This document shows positions 12,713 through 23,640 of a stretch of 64,000 bases of DNA, in pieces. This DNA is from Antechinus flavipes. Taxonomy: Eukaryota. Under the pieces are notes generated by a model that was given only the letters and a program-made list of their open reading frames with translations, made no database searches and had not been told where the DNA came from. Position 1 is the stretch's first letter. Each line of letters begins with the position of its first letter. The stretch is from positions 8,184,001-8,248,000 of the forward strand of contig NC_067404.1 in the NCBI RefSeq assembly GCF_016432865.1. Reading direction: 5' to 3'. Both the position numbers and the translations under genes were made by a program.

Positions 12713-13759
12713 CCCCCCAATGGAGATCAGGATGAAAGACATCCCATAGTCAGAGGAGATAGAATCTCCATGGAGAGGAGATCCCCCTGGAAATCAGTGT
12801 CAGGGATTGTAATGGAGCAGAGTTAAACCCCTCATAGAGATCCATGTCAACCCTGCCATGGAGATAGGGGAAGACCCCCCCCCCACCACGTGGAGAACAT
12901 AGGTAGTGATCCCAGTTGAGTTTACAGGCAGAGACCCCCCATGGAGATCTGGATCAAAGACCTTTTCAAGAAGGTCAAGATCAGAGATCCCTCAGACACA
13001 TCAGGGGTGAAGACCTTCCAAGGAGATCAGAGGTAGATCTCCCTTGGCGAGCCTGAGCAAACTTTCCATATAGATCAGGGTCAGAAATGCTCCGTTGTAG
13101 ATTAGGTGGAGACCCATCATGTCAGAGATACCCCATGGAACAGAGACCCCAGTGGAGATCAGACACAGACCCCCATGGAGATCAGGGTCAGAGACACCTC
13201 GTGGACTTCAGAAGCAGACCACCCTTGTGGATCATGGGATAAGATCAAGGAACATATGAGGGATAGAGTTGTAGAATCAGGAAAGACAAGAGAAGGTAGA
13301 AGGGGACACCTGTGTGTGTACATGCATGTGTGGAGATGGGAGGGAAAGATGTTCAGGGAAAAGATCAGGAAGTATGAGGAAGGGAAGAGAAAGGTGAAAG
13401 GAAAAAAAAAGGTGGGAAGGGTATTTGGGCAGAGAACTCATCATGGAGATGTGGGCCAAAGACCTCCCCTGGAGATAAGGAGAATACCCCCATGAGATCA
13501 CAAGCAGAGTCTCCATGGTGATTAAGAGCAGAGAAGAACCCCCATCAAGGGGATCGTGCAGAATGCCCCATGGAGATCTGGGAAAAGACAGCAACTAGAG
13601 ATCAGGCAAGCACCTCCATGGACATCAAATATAGACCCCCCCCCCCTAGAAATCAAGTTTAGAAACCCTCCATTGAAATCGGGAACAGACACAACTGCGT
13701 GGAGATCATGGGATGAGATCGAGGACACATGAGGGAGAGAGAGCTTTAGAGCCAGCGAA

Positions 13760-16070
13760 GAAAAAACTGGAGACAGTGAGTTTAGACTGGAGCTATGTAC
13801 CCCAAATCAGCCCTTGGATTAGCCATGTCTCAAGTGCTGCGCCCCCGGGGCTCTCCTCCCCCATCTGTTTGAAGGATGCTGAGGGCAGGGAATCTGGGGC
13901 ACTGAGTCAAGACCAGGGCTACCTCCCCCAAATCGGACATTTGAGTAGCCACATCTCCAAATTCTGCACATCATCTCCCTGCCATCTCTGGGAGGGATGA
14001 AGCAGGGGGCAGTGAGTTTAGAGCAGGGGTACCTATCCCAATTCAACTCGGATTAGTCGTGTCCATAAGTTCTGCTCCCCAGGGTCTCCCCCTCATCTAG
14101 GTGAGGGAGGAATCTCGGGGTGGTGAGTGTAGACCATGGCTACCTACCCCAAATCAGCACTTGGAATAGCCACGTCTGGGAGTTCTACCCGAGGGGTTTC
14201 CCCCACATCTCAGTGAAGGTGGTAGTGGTGTTCCGTTTGACTAGACCAGGTCTTACCCCTCCAAAGGAGCCCTGGAATTAGCCACATCCCCAAGTTCCAC
14301 ACCCCAGGGAGTCTCCAGCACATCTCTGAGATGGAGCAAGCTGGGGTCAGTGAGTCTCGAACCAGACGTTCCTGGCCCAGATCAGCCCTTGTCCCAGGCA
14401 CATCACCATGTTTCACACCTAGCGGTCCCCCCCACGTCTCTTTAAAGGAAGATGCTGGGGCAGTGAATGTGGACCAAGGCTTTCCACCTGAAATCAGCCA
14501 TTATTTTAGCCGCCTCTCGGATTTCCGAACCCCAGGTATCTCCCACCCAACACTGTGAGGGCCAAAGCTGGTCGTAGTGAGTCTTATAGTGCTCCCCACC
14601 CCAAATAAGCCCTCGTCCCAGCCACATCCCCAAGTTCCACACCCTAGGGATCTTCCATCCGTCTCTGTGAAGCAGCAGCTGGGGGCGGAGAGTCAAGACC
14701 AGAGATACCTGCCCCAAATCAGCCAGATGAGTAACCCCATGTCTGAGCTCTGCACCCCAGTGTTCAAACCCTCATTTCTGTGAAGGAGGAAGCTGGGGTC
14801 AGTGAGTCTAGACGAGATCTTCCCACCCCAAATGGGTCCCTGTCCTAGCCACATCCCCAAGTTTCGCACCCCAGGGGTCTCTCCCCCATCTCTGGGAAGG
14901 ACAAAAGCAGGGCATTGAGTCTAGACTAGAGGTGTCTGCCAGGAATGAGCCCTTGTATTCACATTTCCAAGTTCTGCACCCTGGGGGGTCTCCTCACCAT
15001 TTCTGGGAAAGTCATCCCAACCTAAATGAGCCCCAGGATTAACAATATCCCCAAGTTTCACACCCCAGGGGTCTCCCCCCATCTTTGTGAAGGAGGAAGG
15101 TGGGAGCTGTAATTCTAAAATAGGGCTTCCCACCCCAAATCAGCACTTGTCCCAGCCACATCCCTATGTTCCACACCCAGTGGTCTCTACCACATGTCTT
15201 TAAAGGAGGATGCTGGGGCAGTGAAGCTGAACCAGGGCTTTCCCCCCAAATCAGCCATTATTTTAGCCGCCTCTCAAATTTCCGAACCCCAGGTATCTCC
15301 CACGCAACACCGTGAGGGACAAAGCTGGGAGCAGCGAGCGTAGACCGGGGCTTCTCATCTCAGTTTATCCCTTACGTCAGTCATTCCCAAATCCTGCACC
15401 TCATCTGCGTGAAGGATGGCGCAGGGGGCACTGAGTCTAAACCAGGGGCCCCTAGCCTAATTCAGCCCTAATTCAGTACCGCGGGGATCTCCCACACATC
15501 TTCGTGAGGGAGGAAGTTGGGGGCAGTGAGTCTATTCCAAGGCTTCTCGCTTCGAATGAGCCCTTGTCTCAGCCACCTCCCCATGTTCTGCACCCCAGGG
15601 ATCTGCCCCATCTTCAATGTGAAGGAGGTAGATGGAGTCAGTTAGTGAAGACCAGGGTACCTAGCCCAAATCAGCAATTTGAGTGGCTACATCTGCAAGG
15701 TATGTACCCCAGGCAGCTCCCCCTATCTCTCTGGAGGGGAAAACTAAGTAGTGGGTCTAGACAAGGTCTTCCTACCCTGAATGGGTTCTCGTCCCAGTGG
15801 CTTCCCCAATTTTTTCACCCCTGTATCTTCCCCCCGTCTCTGTGAAGGTGGAAGCGGGACGCAGTGTCTAGTCCAGGACGTCCCATCCAAAATGAGCCCT
15901 AAAATTAGCAATAGCCCCAAATTCCCCCCCCCCCGGGATCTCCCCTGATCTCTGTGAAGGAGAAAGGTGGGGCCTGTAATTGTAGAACAGGGCTTCCCAC
16001 CCCATATGAGCCTTTGTCACAGCCACATTCCCCACGTTCCACACGCCAGGAGACTGTTCCCTGCACTCTA
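13760..16070. repeat. ~113-bp satellite array (~20 units)
   Basis: Unit approximately CACATCCCCAAGTTCTGCACCCCAGGGGTCTCCCCCCATCTCTGTGAAGGAGGAAGCTGGGGGCAGTGAGTCTAGACCAGGGCTTCCCACCCCAAATCAGCCCTTGGATTAGC; starts at ~14283, 14399, 14510, 14622. Confidence 0.92.
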
Positions 16071-16299
16071 GTGGGGGATCTCTCAGAGGATCAGGGGCAC
16101 AGACTAGAAGTCAGTCGGGGGGAAGGGAGGGGCAACAGAGGACAGAAGAGGGCAGGGAGATGGGGGTGGGGGGAAGGGAGAGAGACCTTAATTCAGGAAA
16201 TGGGACAGTCAAGGGCCAGGGAGCATCCTGGGCTGGGTGGTGGAGGAGGCCTCATACAGGCTTTGGGAGAGGGGAAGAGAAAAGGACAAAGGCAATTTC

Positions 16300-19100
16300 A
16301 CCAGAGATCTTTTTTTTTCAGTGTAGAACAACATGACCTAAAATTCAAAGAATAAATCCTTAATAGTGAGATCAGGGGAACGAATTTGTCAGGGTGAACT
16401 CCTGCCCTTCTCCAGTGTTCACGGAAGAGGCTGTTGGAAGGGTCCTTTACTTCATAGGGGGGAGGGGAGGGGAGAGAAAAGGGCCCAAGAGGAAGCCAAG
16501 GAGAAAGAGAGGGGGCAGGGGCCTTGAGGGTGGGCTCTAGTCCTTTCACAGCCCCATTATAGGGTCCCCGAGGGATTCTGGGCAGAAGGAGCATCTTCTG
16601 CTTTTTCTTTGGGCTGTACGAGGCCATGGGAGATGTTGGGATCACCCGGCAAGCATACAGGGTCACATCTGCCATTGCCATTGTGCACTGCTGCTGTTTG
16701 TGCGTGTTTGTTGACGTAGCGTGTGTTCTGTCTGTGGTATCCGTCTGTTGCAAGTTTCTATTGCCAGTAATTTGTGTGACCTTTTTGTGTGTGCCGAGTA
16801 TTTGCGTGTATGCCGAGTGGATGTGTGTATTTGGGTGTAGCATGTATGTGTAGGGTTGTCTGTGGTGTGTACTTGTTCTAGTGTGTCTAATGTATATTTG
16901 CGTGTTTATGTATTGATCTATGGTAGGCGCTGTACGTGTGTAACGAGTGTTGCGCGTGCATTTGTGTGTCTAGTGTTCGTGTTTTGTGTATACGTATAGA
17001 GCGGGCCGTTTTTCTGTTGTCTGTATTAGCACGGGGCTTGTTTGTGTGCGGTGTGAGCGTTATTCTCAGGTGGGGGATTTGTGTAGGTATGGAAGTCCGC
17101 GTGTGCTTTATATGGTGCGTTGGATGTGCACAGATTTTTTGGTTTCTTGGGGTTGTATGCTGTGTATAGGAATGAGAATATGTATGCATATAAAAGTGTG
17201 TGTGTGAGGAAATAGCCATGGCACACGGGGGGGGGGGGGTGGGGATGGGGGGGGGTTTCTGGGAGGGGCGCCCCCTGCTGGTACCTGGGGACGAGAAGGG
17301 CAGTTGGTCTCGGCGGAGATCTGTGCTAACGCTCCTCTGGAGCTGCCACGGGGGATCTTGGGGCACTATTCGCACTGGAGGCCTCCTGGGGGACAAAGAG
17401 CAGGGGCCCCCGCGGGGCAGCCGGGGGACGCTCGGGCCCAGCTCTGCCCCTCGGCTCTCAGGGGTCCCGGGGGCCAGACCCCCCGCAGAGAGCCTGGGCC
17501 CCGGGGGAGGGGAGAGGCCAAGGCCACCCGAGATGGGAGAGGGGCCTCCTCCTCCCAGGGCAAGGGGAAGTCCCTCCCCCCCATGTGGCCTGATCCAGCC
17601 CAACCTGGCCCGACCCAGCCCGGCCCGATGGGATCCGGCTCACACAATCTCACCAGAGCGGCCTTTCTAGTGTCCTGAGGGTCTTCCCCGCATCCCCACC
17701 TGGGTGACTCCCCACCAGCCCGCGAGGCAGCAGCTACAGCCCGGGCCTCCATGACACTGGGAGAAGGGGCAGCAGGACCGCTGCAGGACCCACTCCCTGA
17801 AGAGTTTTGGCTTCACCCCCCAAATGAGCCTTGGATTCGCCCCATCCCCTGGTTCTGTCCACCAAAGGTACCCACCCAATCTCAGGTAACGTGGAAACGG
17901 AGGGCAGGAAGCCTAGAACAAGGGCACCTACCACAAATCTTGTAGTTTAGCAACACCTCCAAGTGCTGCAAGTTCCGGGTCTCCCCCGTTCCTGTGAGGG
18001 GGGGGAGGGCACCAGGGTTTCCCACAATAAATCAGGCCGTGATGCAGCCACATCCCCAAGCCCCAAGTGCCTCTCCCCTCCTGGCTGTGCTGGAGGAAGC
18101 TGGGGGCTGTGGATCTAGACCTGGGCTTCAAAGCCCAAATGAGCCCTTGGATTAGCCACACCCCCAGGCTCCCCACCACAGGGATCTCCCCACCATGACT
18201 GTGAAGGGCGAAGCTGGGGGGGGGGTGAGACAAGTTCAGGGCCACCTACCATAAATGGATAATTTGAGCAGCAACATCTCCAAGTTCCACATCACTGGGG
18301 GCTCCCCCCATCTCTGTGCAGGAGGAAGCTGGGGACAGGGAGTCTCGACCAGGCCTTCCCACCCCAAATCAGCCCTTGTCGCAGGCACATCTCAAATTGG
18401 GCACCGCGAGGGCCTCCCCCCACCCTGCTTTGTGAAGGAAGAAGCTGGGGGTAGTGAATCTAGACAAGGGGCTTCATACCCCAAAGCAGCTCTTGTCCGA
18501 GTCATATCCCCCAGTTCTGTCCCCAGGGTTCTCCCCGACATTTCTTTGAAGGAGGAAGCTGAGGGTAATGAGTCTAGGCCCAAATTAGCCCTTGTCAAAC
18601 TGCATCCCCAAGTTCTGGACCCGAGGGGTCTCCCCCAACTTGGAAATGGAGGAAGCTGGGGTTGTGATTCTAGACCAGGGCTTCACCCCCAAAAGACCCT
18701 TGGGTTAGTCACATCCCCTAGTTCTGCACAGCAGAGATTCCCCCCAGTCTCTATTAAGGCGGAAGCTGGGGGCAGAGAGTCTAGAACAAGGGCACCTACC
18801 CCAAATCAGCCTCTACATTAGTGATAACTCCGAGTTCTGCACCCCAGGGGTCTCTCCCCGTTCCTGTGAAGGGGGAGGGGGAGGGCAGTGAGTCTACACC
18901 AGGGTTTCCCACAATAAATCAGGCCGTGATGCAGCCACATCCCCAAGCCCCAAGTACCTCTCCCCTCCTGGCTGTGCTGGAGGAAGCTAGGGGCTGTTGA
19001 ACGAGGCCACTGGGAGCCGGTCGCAGGCCCGGGAGCCGGGGGCACTCACTTTCTCAGGTGGCAGCAGAGGCTGGCCCAGCTGACACCCCGGCTGGGCAGG
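16300..19100 (-). pseudogene. Family copy D1 (CA-repeat-bodied subtype)
   Basis: Donor GTGAGT at 19049, acceptor CTTCTCGTCCCCAG at 17285 and Kozak GTGCCATGG (ATG 17219, MAISSHT). The CA-rich body has in-frame TAGs at 16887, 16878 and 16758. The family C-terminus AEDAPSAQNPSGTL* (stop 16557-16559) lies in the same frame, followed by the family 3'UTR motif GGATTTATTCTTTG. Confidence 0.7.
17770..18960. repeat. ~113-bp satellite array inside D1 intron
   Basis: Same unit as 13760-16070. Confidence 0.88.
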
Positions 19101-19143
19101 GCAGGTCTGGGCAGCCCCAGACGCCTCACCCCCAGGACTGTGG

Positions 19144-19245
19144 CCAATGGAACCTGGTTGTGACATCATCCATTGTGACCCACCAGGTCACAGGTCAGGG
19201 TGGGGCCAATGGCCACTTGGTTGTGTCAAGGGGGGATGGGCGGGG
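19144..19245 (-). promoter_or_regulatory. Candidate D-type promoter: CCAAT, CRE-variant TGACATCA, CCAAT, GC box
   Basis: CCAAT 19144 and 19206, TGACATCA 19161-19168, GGGCGGGG ~19238, about 100 nt upstream of the GTGAGT donor. Repeated at 44371-44437 and, inverted, at 63268-63335. Confidence 0.6.
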
Positions 19246-19799
19246 CAGGCTTGGCCCCTCCCCCCAGACCCAGTCCCAGACCCACCCTCTTGGCCCATCT
19301 CCCCCACCTAGAGCAGGACCCAGGTCTCTGGGCCTGGGGGGGGGGCAGCCCAGCCCAGACAATTCCCCGCCACCCCCCGTGGCAGGACCCCCAGACCGTA
19401 CACAAAACACACACAGGAAAGGGTGCGGGCCTAAGGGAGAAAGCGGCCCGCCCTGGAGGGGAGCCGAACTGGAAGCCCCTTCAGGGGTCAGGCTCAGGAA
19501 ACAGCCAGACCCCTCCTCTCCCCAATAGCAATGCAAATCACAGGGGCCCTGGCAAGACAGAGGCCGGGGCGCCCCTGGGGATTCTGGGAAACTGTAGCCC
19601 TCAGGCAGGGAGCCAGCCAGGGCAGGGGGAGCCTTCGGAGCCCCTGCTGCCCCTGAGCCCGCTGGCCCACAGTCTGGGTTAGGACAGCCAGGGAGCCCCC
19701 GCCCCGTCTCCCACCTTCTTTCTTCAGGCCTAACTCAGAGGGGCTCCCAGAACAGACCCGCTGGGCTGGAGACCCCCACATTTGTGTGGGTGTTCCCCC

Positions 19800-20720
19800 C
19801 TCCCAGTTCCCAGAGCCCCAGGGGTTCTCCCTCCATTTCTGTGAAGTTGGAAAGTGGGGGCACAGAGTCTAGACCAAGTGGCCCAGGCTTCTCACCCCAA
19901 AGGAGCCCTTGTCCCCCCACATCCCCGCATTCACCACCACGGGGGGCCCCCATCTGCCTGTGAAGGAGCAGGCTGGGGCAGTGAGTCTAGACTGAACTTT
20001 CTTACCCCAAAAGAGCCTTTATCCTCCCCCACCCCTGCACTCACCACCTCAAGGGGCTCCTCCATTTGTCTGAGGGAGAAAACTAGGGACAGTGAGTCTA
20101 GACCGAAGCTTCCCACCCCAAAGGAGCCCTTGTCCCCCCACATCCCCGCATTCACCACCGCGGGGGGCCCCCATCTGCCTGTGAAGGAGGAACCAGGGGC
20201 AGTGAGTCTAGACCGGGGGCTTCCCTCCCCACATGAGCCCTTCTCCCAGCAACATCCCTTCATTCACCACCTCAAGGGGCTCCCCCATTTGTCTGAGGGA
20301 GAAACCTAGGGACAGTGAGTCTAGACCGAAGCTTCCCACCCCAAAGGAGCCCTGTCCCCCCACATCCCCGCATTCACCACCACGGGGGGCCCCCATCTGC
20401 CTGTGAAGGAGCAGGCTGGGGCAGTGAGTCTAGACTGAACTTTCTCACCCCAAAAGAGCCTTTATCCCCCCCCACCCCTGCACTCACCACCTCAAGGGGC
20501 TCCCCCATTTGTCTGAGGGAGAAACCTAGGGACAGGGAGTCTAGACCGAAGCTTCTCACCCCAAGGGAGCCCTTGTCCCCCCACATCCCCGCATTCACCA
20601 CCGCAGGGGGCCCCCATCTGCCATCGAAGCCGGAAGGAGGAACCAGGGGCAGTGAGTCTAGAGCGGGGCTTCCCTCCCCAAAGGAGCCCTTGGCCCCCCC
20701 CAGTTCCTCACTCTGGGGAG
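19800..20720. repeat. ~111-bp satellite, homogenised as ~221-bp dimer
   Basis: CACATCCCCGCATTCACCACC starts at ~19918, 20138, 20360 and 20582. Inverted copy at 55720-56420. Confidence 0.9.
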
Positions 20721-21201
20721 CTGCCCCCCGGAGCCTGGGGGGAGGTCTCTCAGGCATCAGGGAAGGGGGGAAGCTGCGGGGGACGGCAGGGGCAGAGGCC
20801 CGGAGCCCAGGGGAAGGCGCAGGCCGGGGCGGGGGATGGAGGGGCCCGGCAGGCTGGGGGGGGGGGAAAGACCAAAGGACCAGGCAGGCTCAATAGAGAA
20901 GGTGTTTATTTTTCTTCTTGCATTCATGCGAGCTCTTTTAGCTTCAGACCAAACTGTTGAGTAACATAAGCAAACTTTCAAAGAATAAATCCGCGATAGG
21001 GGGTCACAGCAAGGGGGTGAGAAGTCCCTGAGGACCTCCTCCCTTTCTCCTATGTCCCGCGAGGAGGCTGCTGGTGGGAGCCTTGAGGCAGAGAGGGAGG
21101 GCAGGGAGAAGGGCCCGAGGGCAGGGGAGGGGGGAGAGGAGGGGGGCGGGGGGGGGGGGGACGGGGCCGAGGGGGCGGGCTCTGGTTCTTTCGGAGCCTG
21201 G

Positions 21202-22703
21202 TTACATGGTCCCCGAGGGGCTCTGGGCGCCGAGAGCGTCTTCGGCTCTTCCGGCCGGCTGGGGAAGGCCGTCGGCGGGGTCTTGGGGTCTCGGGGGCCA
21301 GGGGGCGGGCCCGGCTCTGTCGCCGCCGGTGGGGTCTGGCGCCGCCTGCGAGGCCTGCGGGCCCTGGGCCAGGGCCTGGGAGCCGGCTCCCGAGAACTCG
21401 CCTTCCGTTCGGGCCAGCGTGGCCAGGAGCAGCTCGGGGAGGGGCGCGGGATCTTCGATGTCTTCGCACGTGGGGCACGGCCTGGCGGCCTCGATGAGGG
21501 TCAGGAAAGAATGGACTGCGCCTCCCGGCACGCTCACTCTCATCCTCCCGTCTCCGGCCCCGAACAAGGCGGCATGCTGGTTCTCTAAGTAGGCCTGGGG
21601 CCAGTGGCCATAGCCCAGAGCCCCGGGCCTGGCTCCGGGGATCCCTTCCCCCCTGCGGCCAAGGCTGTCACCAGCAGGTCGGGGATGGCCGGGACCACCC
21701 GAGGATGCAACACTGGGGGGGGCATGGCTCTCCCCCGCCCATGTCCCGCAAAGGGGATACGGATGCTTTCTGCCTGAAACTGGGGCATTCTGGGCCGGGC
21801 CCCTGGAGGTGGCTGAGGTCCGGGTCTTCCATCGGCTCTGCGCTGAGGAACCTGGCCAGGAGTCAGTTGGAAAAGCCTCAACATAGCCACACAGGTGAGG
21901 GGACGTGGCAGGTTCTGGGGGCCGGCTCCCCCTCCCCGGCCTTTTATTTCCTGGCCCCCGTCTCCCGGGCAACCGCCCGTGCCCACCTCACAGGGGAATT
22001 GTGAGGCGGCGCCCCGCCCCGTCGCCACGGTGACCCCAAATGCCGGGGGGTGGTCACGGTGACGGGCCTCGGGCCCCCCCAGGGGGGCTGATTTCCCCAT
22101 CGCGTGGGGGGGACCCGGGGCTCCCCACCCCCAAAACACGGCACGACCCCAAATGCCAGGGGGTGGTCACGGTGACGGGCCTCGGGCCCCCCCAGGGGGG
22201 CTGATTTCCCCATCGCGTGGGGGGGACCCGGGGCTCCCCACCCCCAAAACATGGCACGACCCCAGTGAATAAAGCACAAAAAGTACACACACACCCCATC
22301 GGCCCCGCTTGTGGAAGGGCCCGCTGGGGGGAGCTGGGTCGCGGCCCCCGCACCGGGGTGCGGGCGGGTTTGGGAGGGTCGGGAGCGGGCCCAGGCTCTC
22401 CCATCCTCCCCCCCCTCCCGGCCGGGCGCTCCCCGGGGGCGGCCACGTCCCTGCCGTTAGCCCCTTGGTCCCCAGCTGTCCAACGGGGTCCCGGCCCCGG
22501 GCTCCCGGTGCTGGGGAGGGGCCCCGGGTGTTGAGGAGGGACCCCGGGTGTTGGGGAGGGGCCCCGGGTTCGGAGAGCACCGGCTCGGGGCCTGGTACCT
22601 GGGGAGGGCCTCTCACCTGCATGTTATGTCTGAGGAGTTCTTCAGCATCTGGCCTGACTGTGACTGGCTGCTGTATCCAGGGACTGGAGGCCCCTCCCCC
22701 CAT
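21202..22703 (-). pseudogene. Family copy A (two exons; exon 2 broken by 1-nt indels in G/C runs)
   Basis: Exon 1 22703-22617 (MGGGASSPWIQQPVTVRPDAEELLRHNMQ, donor CAG|GTGAGA). Exon 2 from ~21986 is in frame to AMLRLFQL...GHGRG, then frameshifted at a G run (~21650). Ends AQSPSGTM*; AATAAA at 20905-20910. The indels may be assembly errors. Confidence 0.7.
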
Positions 22704-23475
22704 GTCCCGCTCCCCCAGCTGGCAGCCCCTCCCTCAGGCCCAACTGCCCCCGGACCCCCGCATGCTGGGGCTCGGCTCCCCGGGGGAGGGGATCTCTGAC
22801 ACCGCTGTCCTGCACCACTGAGCCCCAGCAGGCCTGGGGGAGGGCAGACGGGCCGGGGCCACATCCACAAGCGGGCCCCAGCAGCCTGGTAGTCCAAGGG
22901 CCTGCTGTGTTGGGGGAGGAGACCGGGGTAACCTGGAGACAGCCCCAGGCGGGAAGCAGAGCAGGCCTGAGCCTCCCAGCGGGGGGTCTGGCTCCCAAAG
23001 CCCCCACGGCCCCTCCCGTCCCCCCAAAGGCAGCCGCCCCCGAGGAGGGCCCAGGGGGCTGGCGCCGGCTCCCCGTGGAAGGTCTCTTCCCCACGGGCAG
23101 GGCCCGGTCCCACAGCGGGCACTGCCACACAGCCTCCTCCGCCAGTCTGCCCGGGGTCAGCGGCCCCTCCCCCTGCTCCTGGGGCCCAGGGACTGCTGCC
23201 CTGCCGGGTCCCATGGGCCCCCCCTCTGAGCCAGAGCCTCTTGCTCGGACTCGCCCCGTCCTTTAGTCCCTCCCTGGCCCCCAGGACCCTGCCCCTGCCT
23301 CCTGTCTCTCTTTCCCTGCGCCTCCCTCCGGTCTCGCCCTCAGGGACCATCCCCAGCCTTCCTAGGACCCCAGAGTCAGCCCTGGAAAGGAGGTTACAGG
23401 TCACATGGGCCATGGCCCGTCTCTAAGGGCGCCTCAGAGGCCGTCTCCTCAGGCCTGGTCATTTCTCCCAACAGG

Positions 23476-23640
23476 AGGCCGGGGCCAGAGGGGCAGCAGG
23501 CCGGGGCCAGAGGGGACGGAGGCTGGGGCCGGAGGGGCAGGAGGCCGGGGCCGGAGGGGCAGCAGGCCGGGGCCGGAGGGGACGGAAGCCGGGGCCAGAG
23601 GGGCAGGAGGCCGGGGCCGGAGGGGATGGAAGCCGGGGCC
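23476..23640. repeat. 22-bp G-rich minisatellite (~7 units)
   Basis: GGCCGGGGCCGGAGGGGCAGGA-type units; inverted, longer copy at 53134-53515. Confidence 0.9.

Larger units (their letters stand above)
8116..13740 (+). repeat. ~26-bp satellite, right array (CCCCATGGAGATCAGGGTCAGAGAC orientation)
   Basis: Reverse complement of the left-array unit. The purine-rich ~250-bp module recurs at ~8640, 9650, 10170, 11400 and 13230, forming a higher-order repeat. Confidence 0.9.

Noticed and set aside
13700-13800. Common origin of the 26-bp and 113-bp satellites
   Set aside because: They share only short words (GGGGTCTC, GATCTCC) and adjacency; not supportable without alignment statistics.
3500-16070. 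CRISPR-like array, or short ORFs in the satellites
   Set aside because: Vertebrate DNA with degenerate tandem units and no unique spacers or cas genes; the ORFs just echo the repeat (PWRS, MEIR).
16557-17219. D1 as a 220-codon stop-readthrough gene
   Set aside because: Start and terminus are in frame, but three TAGs intervene with no recoding signal seen, and frame agreement has a one-in-three chance.
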